Below are positions 1 to 8,895 of a DNA stretch of 64,000 nucleotides, piece by piece. The notes under the pieces are model-generated. The model did no database searches and was not told the origin of the DNA. It saw only the letters and a program-made list of their open reading frames with translations. Source of the DNA: Saprospiraceae bacterium (GTDB lineage: Bacteria; Bacteroidota; Bacteroidia; Chitinophagales; Saprospiraceae); assembly GCA_035654115.1 (NCBI GenBank), contig DASRXQ010000029.1, positions 29,187 to 93,186 on the forward strand, given 5' to 3'. Numbering within the stretch: position 1 is the first letter of the stretch; every line of letters starts with the position of its first letter. Made by a program: the position numbers and the translations under genes.

Positions 1-894
1 ATTGAAAGAGCAGGTGATGTGATCCCGTACATTGTAAAATCGCTTCCTGAACTAAGGACCGGAAAATTAAAAGCTGTTGTTTATCCGACAAATTGTCCAT
101 CCTGTAACACAAAGCTTGTTCGCGAAGAAGATGAAGCTGCATGGCGCTGCCCGAACCTGGATTGCGAAGCTCAGATCATCCAGAAATTAATATTCCATGT
201 ATCCAAAGATGCCATGGATATCGATGGTTTTGGTGAAAAATACATTCTTCGTTTTTATGAATTGGGATGGCTTAGAAATTTCGCAGATATCTACAACCTG
301 GATTATGATAAAATAGCAGCGCTTGAAGGTTTTGGAAAAAAATCTGCTGATAAGCTGAAAGCTTCTATCGAAAAAGCTAAAGGAAATCCGATCTCCCGCC
401 TTCTGCATAGCTTAAGCATTCACCATCTCGGACAACGTGCATCAAAGCTTATCGCAGAAAGGATTTCGCATGTGCTTGATCTGGAAAAATGGACACTTGC
501 TGATTACACCGCTATAAAAGATATAGGTCCGGTAGTTGCTGAAAAAGTGAATGCATGGTTCTCCGTCAAAAAAAATATCGATCTGCTGCACAAGATGGAA
601 GCGAATGGAGTCAATCTGCATCAAACTTCTCTTGACAAGCCAAAAGAATTGATCACGGATGGCGTCTTATCCGGAAAGACGATTCTCTTCACCGGCACCC
701 TTTCCAAAATGGGACGCAAGGAAGCACAGGATCTGGCTGAATCGCTTGGTGCAAAAAACATCAGCACTGTGAGTGGAAACCTTGATATCCTTGTTGTAGG
801 AGAAGATGCAGGATCGAAGCTGGATAAAGCAAAAAAAATCGGGACTGTGCAGATACTTACGGAAGATGAGTTTATTGGTTTGACTAACGAATAA
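1..894 (+). CDS. ligA: NAD+-dependent DNA ligase LigA, C-terminal part (5' end outside the window)
   Basis: Frame 1 is open from base 1 (IERAGDVIPYIV...). It has a Cys4 zinc finger (CPSC..C..C), an HhH region, and a C-terminal BRCT-like GKTILFTGTL...VVGEDAGSKLDKA. Confidence 0.9.
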   Translation: MERAGDVIPYIVKSLPELRTGKLKAVVYPTNCPSCNTKLVREEDEAAWRCPNLDCEAQIIQKLIFHVSKDAMDIDGFGEKYILRFYELGWLRNFADIYNLDYDKIAALEGFGKKSADKLKASIEKAKGNPISRLLHSLSIHHLGQRASKLIAERISHVLDLEKWTLADYTAIKDIGPVVAEKVNAWFSVKKNIDLLHKMEANGVNLHQTSLDKPKELITDGVLSGKTILFTGTLSKMGRKEAQDLAESLGAKNISTVSGNLDILVVGEDAGSKLDKAKKIGTVQILTEDEFIGLTNE

Positions 895-900
895 TAATTA

Positions 901-940
901 AAAAAGTACGGACAGGTCGCGACCTGTCCGTACTTTTTTT
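901..940. terminator. Bidirectional rho-independent terminator between convergent ligA and the NYN gene
   Basis: Perfect 28-nt palindrome gtacggacaggtc gc gacctgtccgtac (906-933), flanked by A5 on the left and T7 on the right. Confidence 0.75.
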
Positions 941-952
941 AAATGTTATTCA

Positions 953-1744
953 TTACGCCACAGGCGCTGTCTTATCAGGAATAAAATGTCTTGAATGCAA
1001 CAGCTGCATATGTGTGGCAAGAATTCCACCTTCCGATCTTCCCGATTCTTCAATCGTAAATTCGAAGACATCATCCAGGTTGACATAATGGCGCTCTGGT
1101 AGTTGTGAAAAGTGGAAGAAGATATCTCTCCATGTACGAAGATCAATATCCAGGTATTTCATAAAGCCATATCCATCCTGTACTGAATAACAATACCCTC
1201 TGGTACGGCAACCAATGGCACCCCAATCTTCAACACGCTGATCTAATACAGGAAGCAAATTAGGTATCAGGTAACCGGAAAGGAATTTATCCCCTTCATT
1301 GACCAGGTCGCGGCTGATATATCTGAACGCGATGATCTCTACACGGATACCCATGTTTTGAATCGCCTGCACTACTTTTTTGAAATCTCCATCACCTGTC
1401 AGGAGGTAGATCGTATCTAAATGCTGGCTCTGAAGAAGAATATCTACAGCCATATCCAGATCAGCATTTGCCTTTCCTATACGTTGGCCATCTTCATCTT
1501 CAAACCATTTAATTGCTTTCGTGATTACTTTAAATCCATAAGACCTTACAATACTTAAGAATCCGTTTGTACGGTCCTTGTATTCATAATCAGTCTTCAT
1601 CCTGGCTTCGTCAATCGACATGTATGAGTTAAGCCTGATGGGATCACCATATAATGAAACATAATCTCTCAGGACATCATACCTGATGCCATAGCCACCG
1701 CTGCGCCTGATATTCTCAGCGTCAATAAATACACCAATTTTCAT
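953..1744 (-). CDS. NYN (LabA/DUF88-like) ribonuclease-domain protein with a C-terminal cold-shock-like domain
   Basis: The N-terminus reads MKIGVFIDAENI...LLTGDGDFKKVV...IRVEIIAF, typical of the NYN/LabA fold. The C-terminus carries GYGFM (RNP1-like) and DIFFHFSQL (RNP2-like) motifs that align with CspA. Confidence 0.7.
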   Translation of the reverse strand: MKIGVFIDAENIRRSGGYGIRYDVLRDYVSLYGDPIRLNSYMSIDEARMKTDYEYKDRTNGFLSIVRSYGFKVITKAIKWFEDEDGQRIGKANADLDMAVDILLQSQHLDTIYLLTGDGDFKKVVQAIQNMGIRVEIIAFRYISRDLVNEGDKFLSGYLIPNLLPVLDQRVEDWGAIGCRTRGYCYSVQDGYGFMKYLDIDLRTWRDIFFHFSQLPERHYVNLDDVFEFTIEESGRSEGGILATHMQLLHSRHFIPDKTAPVA

Positions 1745-1841
1745 CGTTTTTAGGTTTTACAATAGTTAAAAAATTACATAATGATTCCTTAATGCAAATA
1801 AGGAATCAACACATTTCTGCGCATCGCAATAAGGGGACTTG

Positions 1842-2321
1842 TTATTTATCCGTTCGCTTGAGTTGCCAGTAAAATTCAAATGAGGCAACCATTTGTCCAG
1901 CCTGATCATGAGCTGTAACGGGTAATGAAATGGTAAAAGTTTCTCCCGGACTATTCAGTGTTCTCAATTTACGTTCCACTTCCTGACCGGAATGGCAAAA
2001 ATAGAAACTTTTACCTCTTACTTTTTTTAAAAATTCACCTTTCACACCTGTTAAAATATATTTTATATTAGTACCTGATACATAGGCATGTATAAGAGCA
2101 CCAGTGCTTAATTCAGCCGCCATTCCCATCACTGCCCAGAATACTGACCCAAATGGGTTCCGGATCCAAAACCGGTCCTCCAGCACCACCTTGCATCCGT
2201 TTTCATCCAGGGATTCGATTTTCATACCCGATATCATCCCCATCGGAAGCCTCCTCAACATCCACAATCGCATCTTCCATGGATTGGTCAATTGACGGGC
2301 GATGTTTTTATTAAATGACAT
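1842..2321 (-). CDS. DUF4442 / hotdog-fold (PaaI-like thioesterase) family protein
   Basis: The sequence from MSFNKNIARQLTNPWKMRLWMLRRLPMGMISGMKIE onward resembles DUF4442. I place the start at ATG 2321, because the upstream 23 codons of the ORF track only translate a heptamer repeat array. Confidence 0.6.
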   Translation of the reverse strand: MSFNKNIARQLTNPWKMRLWMLRRLPMGMISGMKIESLDENGCKVVLEDRFWIRNPFGSVFWAVMGMAAELSTGALIHAYVSGTNIKYILTGVKGEFLKKVRGKSFYFCHSGQEVERKLRTLNSPGETFTISLPVTAHDQAGQMVASFEFYWQLKRTDK

Positions 2322-2337
2322 CAGTAGTGAATAATAA

Positions 2338-2400
2338 GTAACGAATAACGAATAACGGGTAACAAGTAACGAGCAACGAGCAACGAGCAACGAGCAACGC
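2338..2400. repeat. Degenerate 7-nt-period array, 9 units (GTAACGA/ATAACGA/GCAACGA)
   Basis: Read directly as gtaacga ataacga ataacgg gtaacaa gtaacga gcaacga x3 gcaacgc. It is the inverted partner of 2521-2574. Confidence 0.9.
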
Positions 2401-2520
2401 GATAATCGGTTGTAATGTTTAAAGATTAAAAGAAAAAACCGAGTTAATTAATAACATGATTTGAGATGGCTATTACAGCTAAGATTTGATGAAACTGATT
2501 TCATACTTTGCCTTCCAACT

Positions 2521-2574
2521 TCTACCTCTACTTCTGACTTCGATATTCGTTACTCGTTACTCGTTATTCATTAT
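2521..2574. repeat. Degenerate 6/7-nt-period array directly abutting the uvrB stop codon
   Basis: Reads tctacc tctact tctgac ... tcgttac tcgttac tcgttat tcattat. The uvrB stop (TAA, minus strand) is at 2575-2577. It is the reverse complement of the 2338-2400 array type. Confidence 0.9.
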
Positions 2575-4593
2575 TTATTTCAGTCTTTTCCTCAACGCCA
2601 TCATCTCATCCCTGTATTGCGCGGCAGTGATAAAATCCAGATCCTTTGCTGCATCTTTCATTTTTCGTTCTGTATCTGCTAACATCCGTTCTACCTGGTC
2701 ACGTGACATAAATGCAAGAACAGGATCTGCTGCCAGGGATGGCTCAAGCTCTCTATCCACATATGCTTTTTTGTTTCCTTCACGGACATCCAGGATGGAT
2801 TTCCTTGAAAGTATTTCTTCTCTTGTTCGTGTGATGGTTGTCGGGGTGATTCCATATTTTTCATTGTATGCCATCTGGATCGATCGTCTCCTGTTTGTTT
2901 CATCAATCGTCTTTTGCATGGACTCCGTGATCTTATCTGCATAGAAGATGACCATTCCATTTGAATTTCGGGCAGCCCTGCCTGCAGTTTGTGTAAGCGA
3001 ACGATCATTCCTCAGAAATCCTTCTTTATCTGCATCAAGTATTGCTACCAGTGAAACTTCGGGAAGGTCAAGACCTTCTCTCAGCAAATTCACTCCTACC
3101 AATACATCAAAATCACCAAGCCTGAGATCACGAAGTATTTCTACCCGTTCCATGGTCTCTACTTCAGAGTGAATGTATTTGCATTTGACATTCAGCTTGA
3201 TGAAATATTTGCTGAGCTCTTCAGCCATTCGTTTGGTAAGGGTAGTCACTAAAATTCGCTCACCCACTTTTACTCTTTCATTGACTTCATCCAGAAGATC
3301 ATCGATCTGGTTAAGGCTAGGGCGAATTTCAATTGGAGGATCGAGCAATCCCGTCGGCCGGACAATTTGTTCGACAAGCACGCCACCGGTTTGTTCCAAT
3401 TCATAATCTGCGGGTGTGGCACTGACATAAATGACCTGGTTGATCAACCCTGAAAATTCATCAAAATTTAATGGCCTGTTATCAATGGCTGAAGGAAGCC
3501 TGAACCCAAAATTGACAAGGTTCAGTTTTCTTGCCCGGTCCCCTCCCCACATGCCACGCACCTGTGGGAGTGTAACATGGCTTTCATCTACAATCATGAG
3601 ATAATCATCAGGAAAATAATCTAGCAGGCAAAATGGTCTTGTGCCCGGAGCTCTTCCATCAAAAAATCTGCTATAATTTTCCACACCGCTGCAATACCCC
3701 AGCTCACGGATCATTTCAAGATCAAAATGAGTTCGTTCATGTATTCGTTTGCCCTCAAGATATTTTCGCTCCCTTGTAAAATATTCTTCCTGCCTGAATA
3801 ATTCATCTTCAATATCGCGAATGATAAATTTGAGCCTGTCTCTAGGAGCGACGTAAAGATTAGCTGGAAAAATAGCTGCGTGCTTCAGTGGCTCCTGGCG
3901 CTGACCACTATGTACATCGATGATATCTATCTCTTCAATCTCATCTCCGTAAAACGTGACGCGATATCCATAATCTACATAAGGCAAATGAATATCCACG
4001 GTATCACCTTTCACCCTGAAATTAGCTCTTGCAAGCTGTCCTTCCGTGCGGCTGTACAAGCTTTCCACCAGGCGATACAGAAAATTGTTCCGCGATATTT
4101 TTTCGCCGGTCTGAATGCGTATGATACCTGCTTTGTAATCTTCAGGATTCCCCATACCATAGATACAGGATACAGAAGCCACTACGATAATATCACGACG
4201 CCCTGATAGCAGGGATGATGTCGCCCGCAGACGAAGCTTATCCACTTCTTCATTGATCGACAGATCTTTTTCTATGAAGGTATCTGAGACAGAGAGATAT
4301 GCTTCCGGTTGATAATAATCATAATAGGAAACAAAATATTCAACTGCATTATCAGGAAAGAATTCTTTAAATTCTCCGTAAAGCTGTGCAGTCAATGTTT
4401 TGTTATGCGTAAGGACCAGGATAGGCCGCTGCACTTCCTGGATAACATTTGCTACTGTAAATGTTTTTCCTGAACCGGTGACACCGAGCAACACCTGGCT
4501 GCGTTCGCCTTTGTTTATACTCTTTACAAGCTGACGTATAGCCTCGGGCTGATCACCTGTAGGTTGATATGTGGAAACAAGTTTAAATGACAT
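2575..4593 (-). CDS. uvrB: Excinuclease ABC subunit B
   Basis: 672 aa with Walker A GVTGSGKTFT, DESHVTLPQ, helicase motifs and a C-terminal UVR domain (AAQYRDEMMALRKRL). Confidence 0.96.
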   Translation of the reverse strand: MSFKLVSTYQPTGDQPEAIRQLVKSINKGERSQVLLGVTGSGKTFTVANVIQEVQRPILVLTHNKTLTAQLYGEFKEFFPDNAVEYFVSYYDYYQPEAYLSVSDTFIEKDLSINEEVDKLRLRATSSLLSGRRDIIVVASVSCIYGMGNPEDYKAGIIRIQTGEKISRNNFLYRLVESLYSRTEGQLARANFRVKGDTVDIHLPYVDYGYRVTFYGDEIEEIDIIDVHSGQRQEPLKHAAIFPANLYVAPRDRLKFIIRDIEDELFRQEEYFTRERKYLEGKRIHERTHFDLEMIRELGYCSGVENYSRFFDGRAPGTRPFCLLDYFPDDYLMIVDESHVTLPQVRGMWGGDRARKLNLVNFGFRLPSAIDNRPLNFDEFSGLINQVIYVSATPADYELEQTGGVLVEQIVRPTGLLDPPIEIRPSLNQIDDLLDEVNERVKVGERILVTTLTKRMAEELSKYFIKLNVKCKYIHSEVETMERVEILRDLRLGDFDVLVGVNLLREGLDLPEVSLVAILDADKEGFLRNDRSLTQTAGRAARNSNGMVIFYADKITESMQKTIDETNRRRSIQMAYNEKYGITPTTITRTREEILSRKSILDVREGNKKAYVDRELEPSLAADPVLAFMSRDQVERMLADTERKMKDAAKDLDFITAAQYRDEMMALRKRLK

Positions 4594-4600
4594 GGATTTG

Positions 4601-4608
4601 CAAAAATA
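4601..4608 (-). promoter_or_regulatory. Bacteroidota-type -7 promoter box (TATTTTTG) for uvrB
   Basis: The minus strand reads TATTTTTG, matching TAnnTTTG, 7 nt upstream of the uvrB ATG. This implies a very short leader. Confidence 0.5.
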
Positions 4609-4622
4609 GGGGTTTCTTCAGT

Positions 4623-4707
4623 CCCCTGGCTAAAGCCAGGGGCAATTCATAAATTCAGGGATAATAGAGTTTCCCTTTATCTTCCGGCTAAAGCCAGAAG
4701 CAATTCA
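4623..4707. repeat. Two copies of a GGCTAAAGCC-core hairpin followed by GCAATTCA
   Basis: Copy 1 is cccctggctaaagccagggg+caattca (4623-4649). Copy 2 is cttccggctaaagccagaag+caattca (4681-4707). Confidence 0.85.
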
Positions 4708-4755
4708 AAATCAAGGTGCAATTATAATTCAAGGGGCATCATCTAAACAAATAAT

Positions 4756-4786
4756 CTCACTCACTATTCACTACTCACTACTGACT
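4756..4786. repeat. 7-nt-period array (TCACTAT/TCACTAC) abutting the stop of the 4787-5458 gene
   Basis: Reads ctcac tcactat tcactac tcactac tgact. The minus-strand stop codon is at 4787-4789. Confidence 0.85.
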
Positions 4787-5458
4787 TCATTTGTTCCCAT
4801 TATAGAACAATAACGTCAATCCATACCTGATCCATTTATCCTTTCCTGCATCCATTTCGGTTTTCAACATTTCAGATAATGGACCCAGGTCATAATATTT
4901 TGTGGGTAACACCATATATGGTTGCATTGCAAAATCAATATTTGAGTTGCCACTAAATGTCAGCATCAGGTAAAATTTAAACGCCATCATATGCTGATTA
5001 TTTTTGAAAGTAGTTTTCGCCTCTTCATCAACATATTTCACTTTATAAAATTGATATTGAAGATCTGTGCCAAATCCCCAAAACCCATCTCCTGCCTGGT
5101 AACCTATAGCTCCGCTTTGTATTGAAAAACTTAGTTTGTCAGTATACTTATTTGCCGTTCCAGGAAATGATCCTGTTGCATGTAAGGACTTATTGGCTCC
5201 CTGGTATGTCAGCTCAAGTGCATGCATTCCAACCTTACCGCGGAGTCCTGCTTCAAATCCATGTGCCCATCGAAGATTACCGAATGGTTTGGTATAAGAT
5301 TGTGATGAATTGAAATCTGATATCAGCCGGTCCAGGGCCGGATTGGATAAAATGGAAAAATTGTAACCTGTCTTCAGGTTAAGCTGGGCATAAGCTGGTG
5401 AGGAGAGAAAACCAAAAAATGCCAAAAGCAAGATAGAAATTGCTCTCAGGCAGTCCAT
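4787..5458 (-). CDS. Hypothetical signal-peptide protein, outer-membrane beta-barrel-like
   Basis: It has the signal peptide LLLAFFGFLSSPAYAQ and alternating beta-strand-like, Gly/aromatic-rich sequence. I recognised no specific family. Confidence 0.5.
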   Translation of the reverse strand: MDCLRAISILLLAFFGFLSSPAYAQLNLKTGYNFSILSNPALDRLISDFNSSQSYTKPFGNLRWAHGFEAGLRGKVGMHALELTYQGANKSLHATGSFPGTANKYTDKLSFSIQSGAIGYQAGDGFWGFGTDLQYQFYKVKYVDEEAKTTFKNNQHMMAFKFYLMLTFSGNSNIDFAMQPYMVLPTKYYDLGPLSEMLKTEMDAGKDKWIRYGLTLLFYNGNK

Positions 5459-5507
5459 TCAAATTAGGGTTATACAGTTTGAAAGATAATCCTGTTTTTT
5501 CTGAATT

Positions 5508-5542
5508 CCAAATAACCTTAATATGCCAAATAACCTTAATAT
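5508..5542. repeat. Tandem direct repeat of 17 nt (ccaaataaccttaatat x2, 18-nt period) in a divergent promoter region
   Basis: Copies lie at 5508-5524 and 5526-5542, between the divergent genes 4787-5458(-) and 5621-7537(+). Confidence 0.85.
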
Positions 5543-5620
5543 CTATTGTACATATAATCACGTAAGCGGAAACATTTTGATATTTATCTCCAAATAAAAA
5601 CAAACTTATCTTTATCCGCC

Positions 5621-7537
5621 ATGGCGAAAACGACAATTAAGAAGAAACCGGGAAAAGTTAAAAGTAAAAACCCATCTTTCTCAAACCTGGATTTTACACC
5701 GGGATTCTGGAGGCGGCACTGGAAGGAAGCAATCATAATACCTGTCCTTGCCTTCGCATTGTACTGGATGTCCCTGCCTTATGGATATGTCCTTGATGAT
5801 CAGATTGTCATCACAGGAAATGACTATACAAAAAAAGGCTTTGGGGGTATTTGGGAAATTCTCAGTACAGAAAGTTTTTCCGGTTATTTTCATGGCCAGC
5901 AGGACCTTGTAGCGGGGGCACGTTACAGGCCGCTTTCCATTATTTCTTTTGCTGTTGAGCAATCCGTTTTTGGAGACAACCATATCGAACGGCATTTTGT
6001 AAACATCCTTCTTTACGGCATTCTTGGATTACTGATATTCAGGGTCCTGTGTATTCTCTTTCCTGAGAAAGAATCGAGGAATTGGCTTACTGCGATTCCC
6101 TTTCTGGCCATTGTTTTGTGGATGCTTCATCCGGTCCATTCAGAAGTTGTAGCCAATATTAAAGGGCGGGATGAGATCATGACCACTTTCGGAGCGATGG
6201 GTTCACTTTATTTCGTTCTCCGATACCTCTCATCCAAAAAAATGCTTTGGCTTATTTCAAGCGGTATCTGCATGTTCCTTGGATTGATGGCGAAAGAAAA
6301 TGCGATCACGTTCATGGCAGTCATTCCGATGACCATGTATTTTTTCACCAATGCAAAGACAAAAGATTATGTAGCTGCGCTTATTCCATCTCTCATCGCA
6401 GTGATTATCTACATGATCATACGTACCAATGTCATTGGTTATGTATTTGATAGTGGTAAAAAAATCGTTGACCTTATGAATGACCCTTTCATCGGGATGA
6501 ATTCCGGTGAACGATATGCAACTATTCTTTATACACTCGGTGAGTATATCCGGCTGTTGATTTTTCCGCATCCGCTCACCCATGATTATTATCCTTATCA
6601 TATCCCAATCATGAATTTTGGAAAACCAGGTACACTGATATCACTGGCGATATACCTTGGACTTGCGTTTGTATTTTTCAGGTTGTGGAAAAAGAAAAGT
6701 ATTTATGCCTGGGCCATTGGATTTTTTATTGCTACCGTTTCCATTGTTTCAAATTTATTTTTCCCGGTAGGTACATTCATGAATGAACGGTTCATCTTCA
6801 TTCCTTCGATTGCATTCTCTGTAGTATGTGCATGGGCTTTTGTAAAACATGGCTTAAGCTCATCAAATAAAGTAATCCGTACAGGATCAATTGTCTTCAT
6901 CATCGCATTGATAGGAGCTTATATATTCAAAACTTATGTTCGCGTTCCGGCATGGAAAGATTCACTCAGTCTCAATGGCCAGGCTGCGATGGTTTCTGTC
7001 AATAGTGCCAGGAATAATTGTTTCATGGGAACCGCTCTCTTTGAAGAAGCCCGTGAGGTGACAGATCCTGTGAAGAAAAAAGAATTGCAGGAACAGGCAG
7101 AATATTATGTAGACAAATCCCTGGCGATGTATCCGACTTACAATTCTGCTAATCAAATCAAATCGGGACTCGTGGCTGAGCGATATCTCAGGGATGGAGA
7201 TCTGCCAAGATTGCTTGATGATTTTATGAAAATCCTTGATGCGAAAGCACAGACTGAATATGTCCCGCAGTTTCTTGATTATCTCAATAAGCAGGCACCG
7301 AAAGAAACCATGGTGGATTTTTATTATAGGGCGGGATATGAACTCCTGACCAAAACGAAACATGAATATCCAGCAGCAGTTACAATTCTAAAGCTTGGAG
7401 AACAAATTGCCCCTGATGATCCAAGGATACTATATGGTCTTGGCAAGGCTTTTTATTTAGGCGGTGACCAGGTACAGGGCACGAAATATCTTGACCGGGC
7501 TTATCAGATCAATCCGGGATTGAGGAATGTACAATAG
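5621..7537 (+). CDS. Multi-pass membrane protein with C-terminal TPR repeats (GT-C / PMT-TMTC-like putative glycosyltransferase)
   Basis: The N-terminal roughly 430 aa hold many TM helices, with an early loop motif YVLDDQIVI. The C-terminal roughly 180 aa are TPR-like (YGLGKAFYLGGDQVQGTKYLDRAYQINP). Confidence 0.6.
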   Translation: MAKTTIKKKPGKVKSKNPSFSNLDFTPGFWRRHWKEAIIIPVLAFALYWMSLPYGYVLDDQIVITGNDYTKKGFGGIWEILSTESFSGYFHGQQDLVAGARYRPLSIISFAVEQSVFGDNHIERHFVNILLYGILGLLIFRVLCILFPEKESRNWLTAIPFLAIVLWMLHPVHSEVVANIKGRDEIMTTFGAMGSLYFVLRYLSSKKMLWLISSGICMFLGLMAKENAITFMAVIPMTMYFFTNAKTKDYVAALIPSLIAVIIYMIIRTNVIGYVFDSGKKIVDLMNDPFIGMNSGERYATILYTLGEYIRLLIFPHPLTHDYYPYHIPIMNFGKPGTLISLAIYLGLAFVFFRLWKKKSIYAWAIGFFIATVSIVSNLFFPVGTFMNERFIFIPSIAFSVVCAWAFVKHGLSSSNKVIRTGSIVFIIALIGAYIFKTYVRVPAWKDSLSLNGQAAMVSVNSARNNCFMGTALFEEAREVTDPVKKKELQEQAEYYVDKSLAMYPTYNSANQIKSGLVAERYLRDGDLPRLLDDFMKILDAKAQTEYVPQFLDYLNKQAPKETMVDFYYRAGYELLTKTKHEYPAAVTILKLGEQIAPDDPRILYGLGKAFYLGGDQVQGTKYLDRAYQINPGLRNVQ

Positions 7538-7579
7538 GCAATTGGCAATAGGCAATTGGCAAAAAATCAAAAGGCAATT
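7537..7579. repeat. 7-nt-period array GGCAATT/GGCAATA starting at the G of the TAG stop codon
   Basis: Reads (ta)g gcaatt ggcaata ggcaatt ggcaaaa ... ggcaatt. Confidence 0.85.
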
Positions 7580-7616
7580 AGAAGTAGTATTAAAACGGAT
7601 TGCTGAAGGCAAACAA

Positions 7617-7666
7617 CAATGATCCTGAAGGGATTAGACATTATTAGCCATGGGTGAAATCCATGA
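7617..7666. repeat. Two-hairpin module (atcc-tgaa-ggat, then catgg-gtgaaat-ccatg), copy 1
   Basis: caatgatcctgaagggattagacattattagccatgggtgaaatccatg is homologous to 10126-10176. Confidence 0.75.
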
Positions 7667-7700
7667 AAAACATGCAATAGGCAATATCAAAAAAAGCAAT

Positions 7701-7751
7701 AAAAAAAAGAAGTTGTCCGTAGTTTGAAACTATGGCAACTTCTTTTTTTTT
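7701..7751. terminator. Bidirectional terminator, member of the TAGTTTGAAACTA-core palindrome family
   Basis: An A8 run, then gaagttgtccgtagttt ga aaactatggcaacttc, then a T9 run. It lies between the TPR membrane protein gene and dprA. Confidence 0.7.
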
Positions 7752-7767
7752 GAATTCCTTTTTTCCT

Positions 7768-7775
7768 TAAATTTG
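7768..7775 (+). promoter_or_regulatory. -7 promoter box TAAATTTG for dprA
   Basis: Matches TAnnTTTG, 10 nt upstream of the ATG at 7786. Confidence 0.5.
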
Positions 7776-7785
7776 GTAATACCAA

Positions 7786-8895
7786 ATGAAAACAAGGAAA
7801 ACAAAAATAGAGGAGATCGCCTTTACGATGATCCCTTTAGTCGGACCCATCATAGCACGGCAGCTCATAGCTTATTGTGGCAGCATTGAAGGTGTATTCG
7901 GAGAGCAAAAAAGATTTCTCAAATCTATCCCGGGTGTAGGTGAAGAGATCGCTTCACAAGTGATCAATAGCAAGTCATGGTTCCTCGCTGCAGAGGAGGA
8001 ATTGAAGATCATGGAGAAACAAGGTATCGAGTATTCATTTTATACAGATGATACATATCCTTCCAGATTAAAGCATTTTGCAGATTCACCGGTATTATTA
8101 TTTACAAAGGGAAATATGGATCTGAATCCTGAACGTTGTGTAGCGATTGTAGGAACACGAAAACCGACAGTGTATGGAAAGACAGTGACTGAGGAGATCA
8201 TTGATGCATTAGCTCCGTATGATGTGAGCATTATCAGCGGTCTTGCATATGGTATTGATATCGCAGCTCATCGTCATTGTGTATCTAAAGATATTCCTAC
8301 GATCGGTGTGATGGGAAGTGGCATGGGTGTCATCTATCCGGATGCTCACGTACCGGTTGCACAAAAGATGATGAATAAAGGAGGTATTGTGACTGAATTC
8401 AATTATGAAACAGGTCCTGATGCAGTGAATTTTCCTATGCGTAACAGGATCGTAGCCGGGCTTTGCGATGTACTTGTGGTTATCGAATCCGGAGTGACAG
8501 GTGGGTCTATGATCACTGCTGCTATTGCTAATGATTATAATAAAGATGTTGCTGCAATTCCCGGGCGCAAAATTGATAAAAGTTCGGCCGGTTGTAATCA
8601 TCTCATTAAAAATCAGCAGGCTCATCTTATCGAAACAGGTGAAGACCTTATCCATCTCATGTCCTGGGATCGAAAAACGAAACAACAGGCATACCAGGCA
8701 GATTTATTTACAGAGATGGATGAAAATGAACGAAAAATTTACGGCCTGATCGTGGACCTTGGGGAAAAAGATATTGATACCTTAGCCTTTGAATCAAAAT
8801 CGACACCGGGTGAGCTTGCAGCGATATTACTTAATCTTGAATTTAAAGGCGCCATCAGATCCCTGCCGGGCAAAAAATATGCAGCGGTGGGTTAA
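7786..8895 (+). CDS. dprA: DNA-processing protein DprA (Smf)
   Basis: 369 aa with a Rossmann-like core: VAIVGTRKPT, SGLAYGIDIAAHR, GVMGSGMGVIYP, RNRIVAGL. Confidence 0.88.
   Translation: MKTRKTKIEEIAFTMIPLVGPIIARQLIAYCGSIEGVFGEQKRFLKSIPGVGEEIASQVINSKSWFLAAEEELKIMEKQGIEYSFYTDDTYPSRLKHFADSPVLLFTKGNMDLNPERCVAIVGTRKPTVYGKTVTEEIIDALAPYDVSIISGLAYGIDIAAHRHCVSKDIPTIGVMGSGMGVIYPDAHVPVAQKMMNKGGIVTEFNYETGPDAVNFPMRNRIVAGLCDVLVVIESGVTGGSMITAAIANDYNKDVAAIPGRKIDKSSAGCNHLIKNQQAHLIETGEDLIHLMSWDRKTKQQAYQADLFTEMDENERKIYGLIVDLGEKDIDTLAFESKSTPGELAAILLNLEFKGAIRSLPGKKYAAVG

Noticed and set aside
2322-2390. N-terminal extension of the DUF4442 ORF (MLVARCSLLVTRYSLFVTYYSLL)
   Set aside because: It translates the heptamer array. 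The homologous protein sequence begins at the internal Met (2321).
2461-2944. Plus-strand ORFs 2461-2682 and 2486-2944
   Set aside because: They are antisense to uvrB and begin in the repeat array. They have low-complexity composition and no recognisable family.
8789-8878. Upstream start of the alkaline phosphatase ORF
   Set aside because: These 30 codons lie inside dprA in another frame. The Met at 8879 is immediately followed by the lipoprotein signal peptide.
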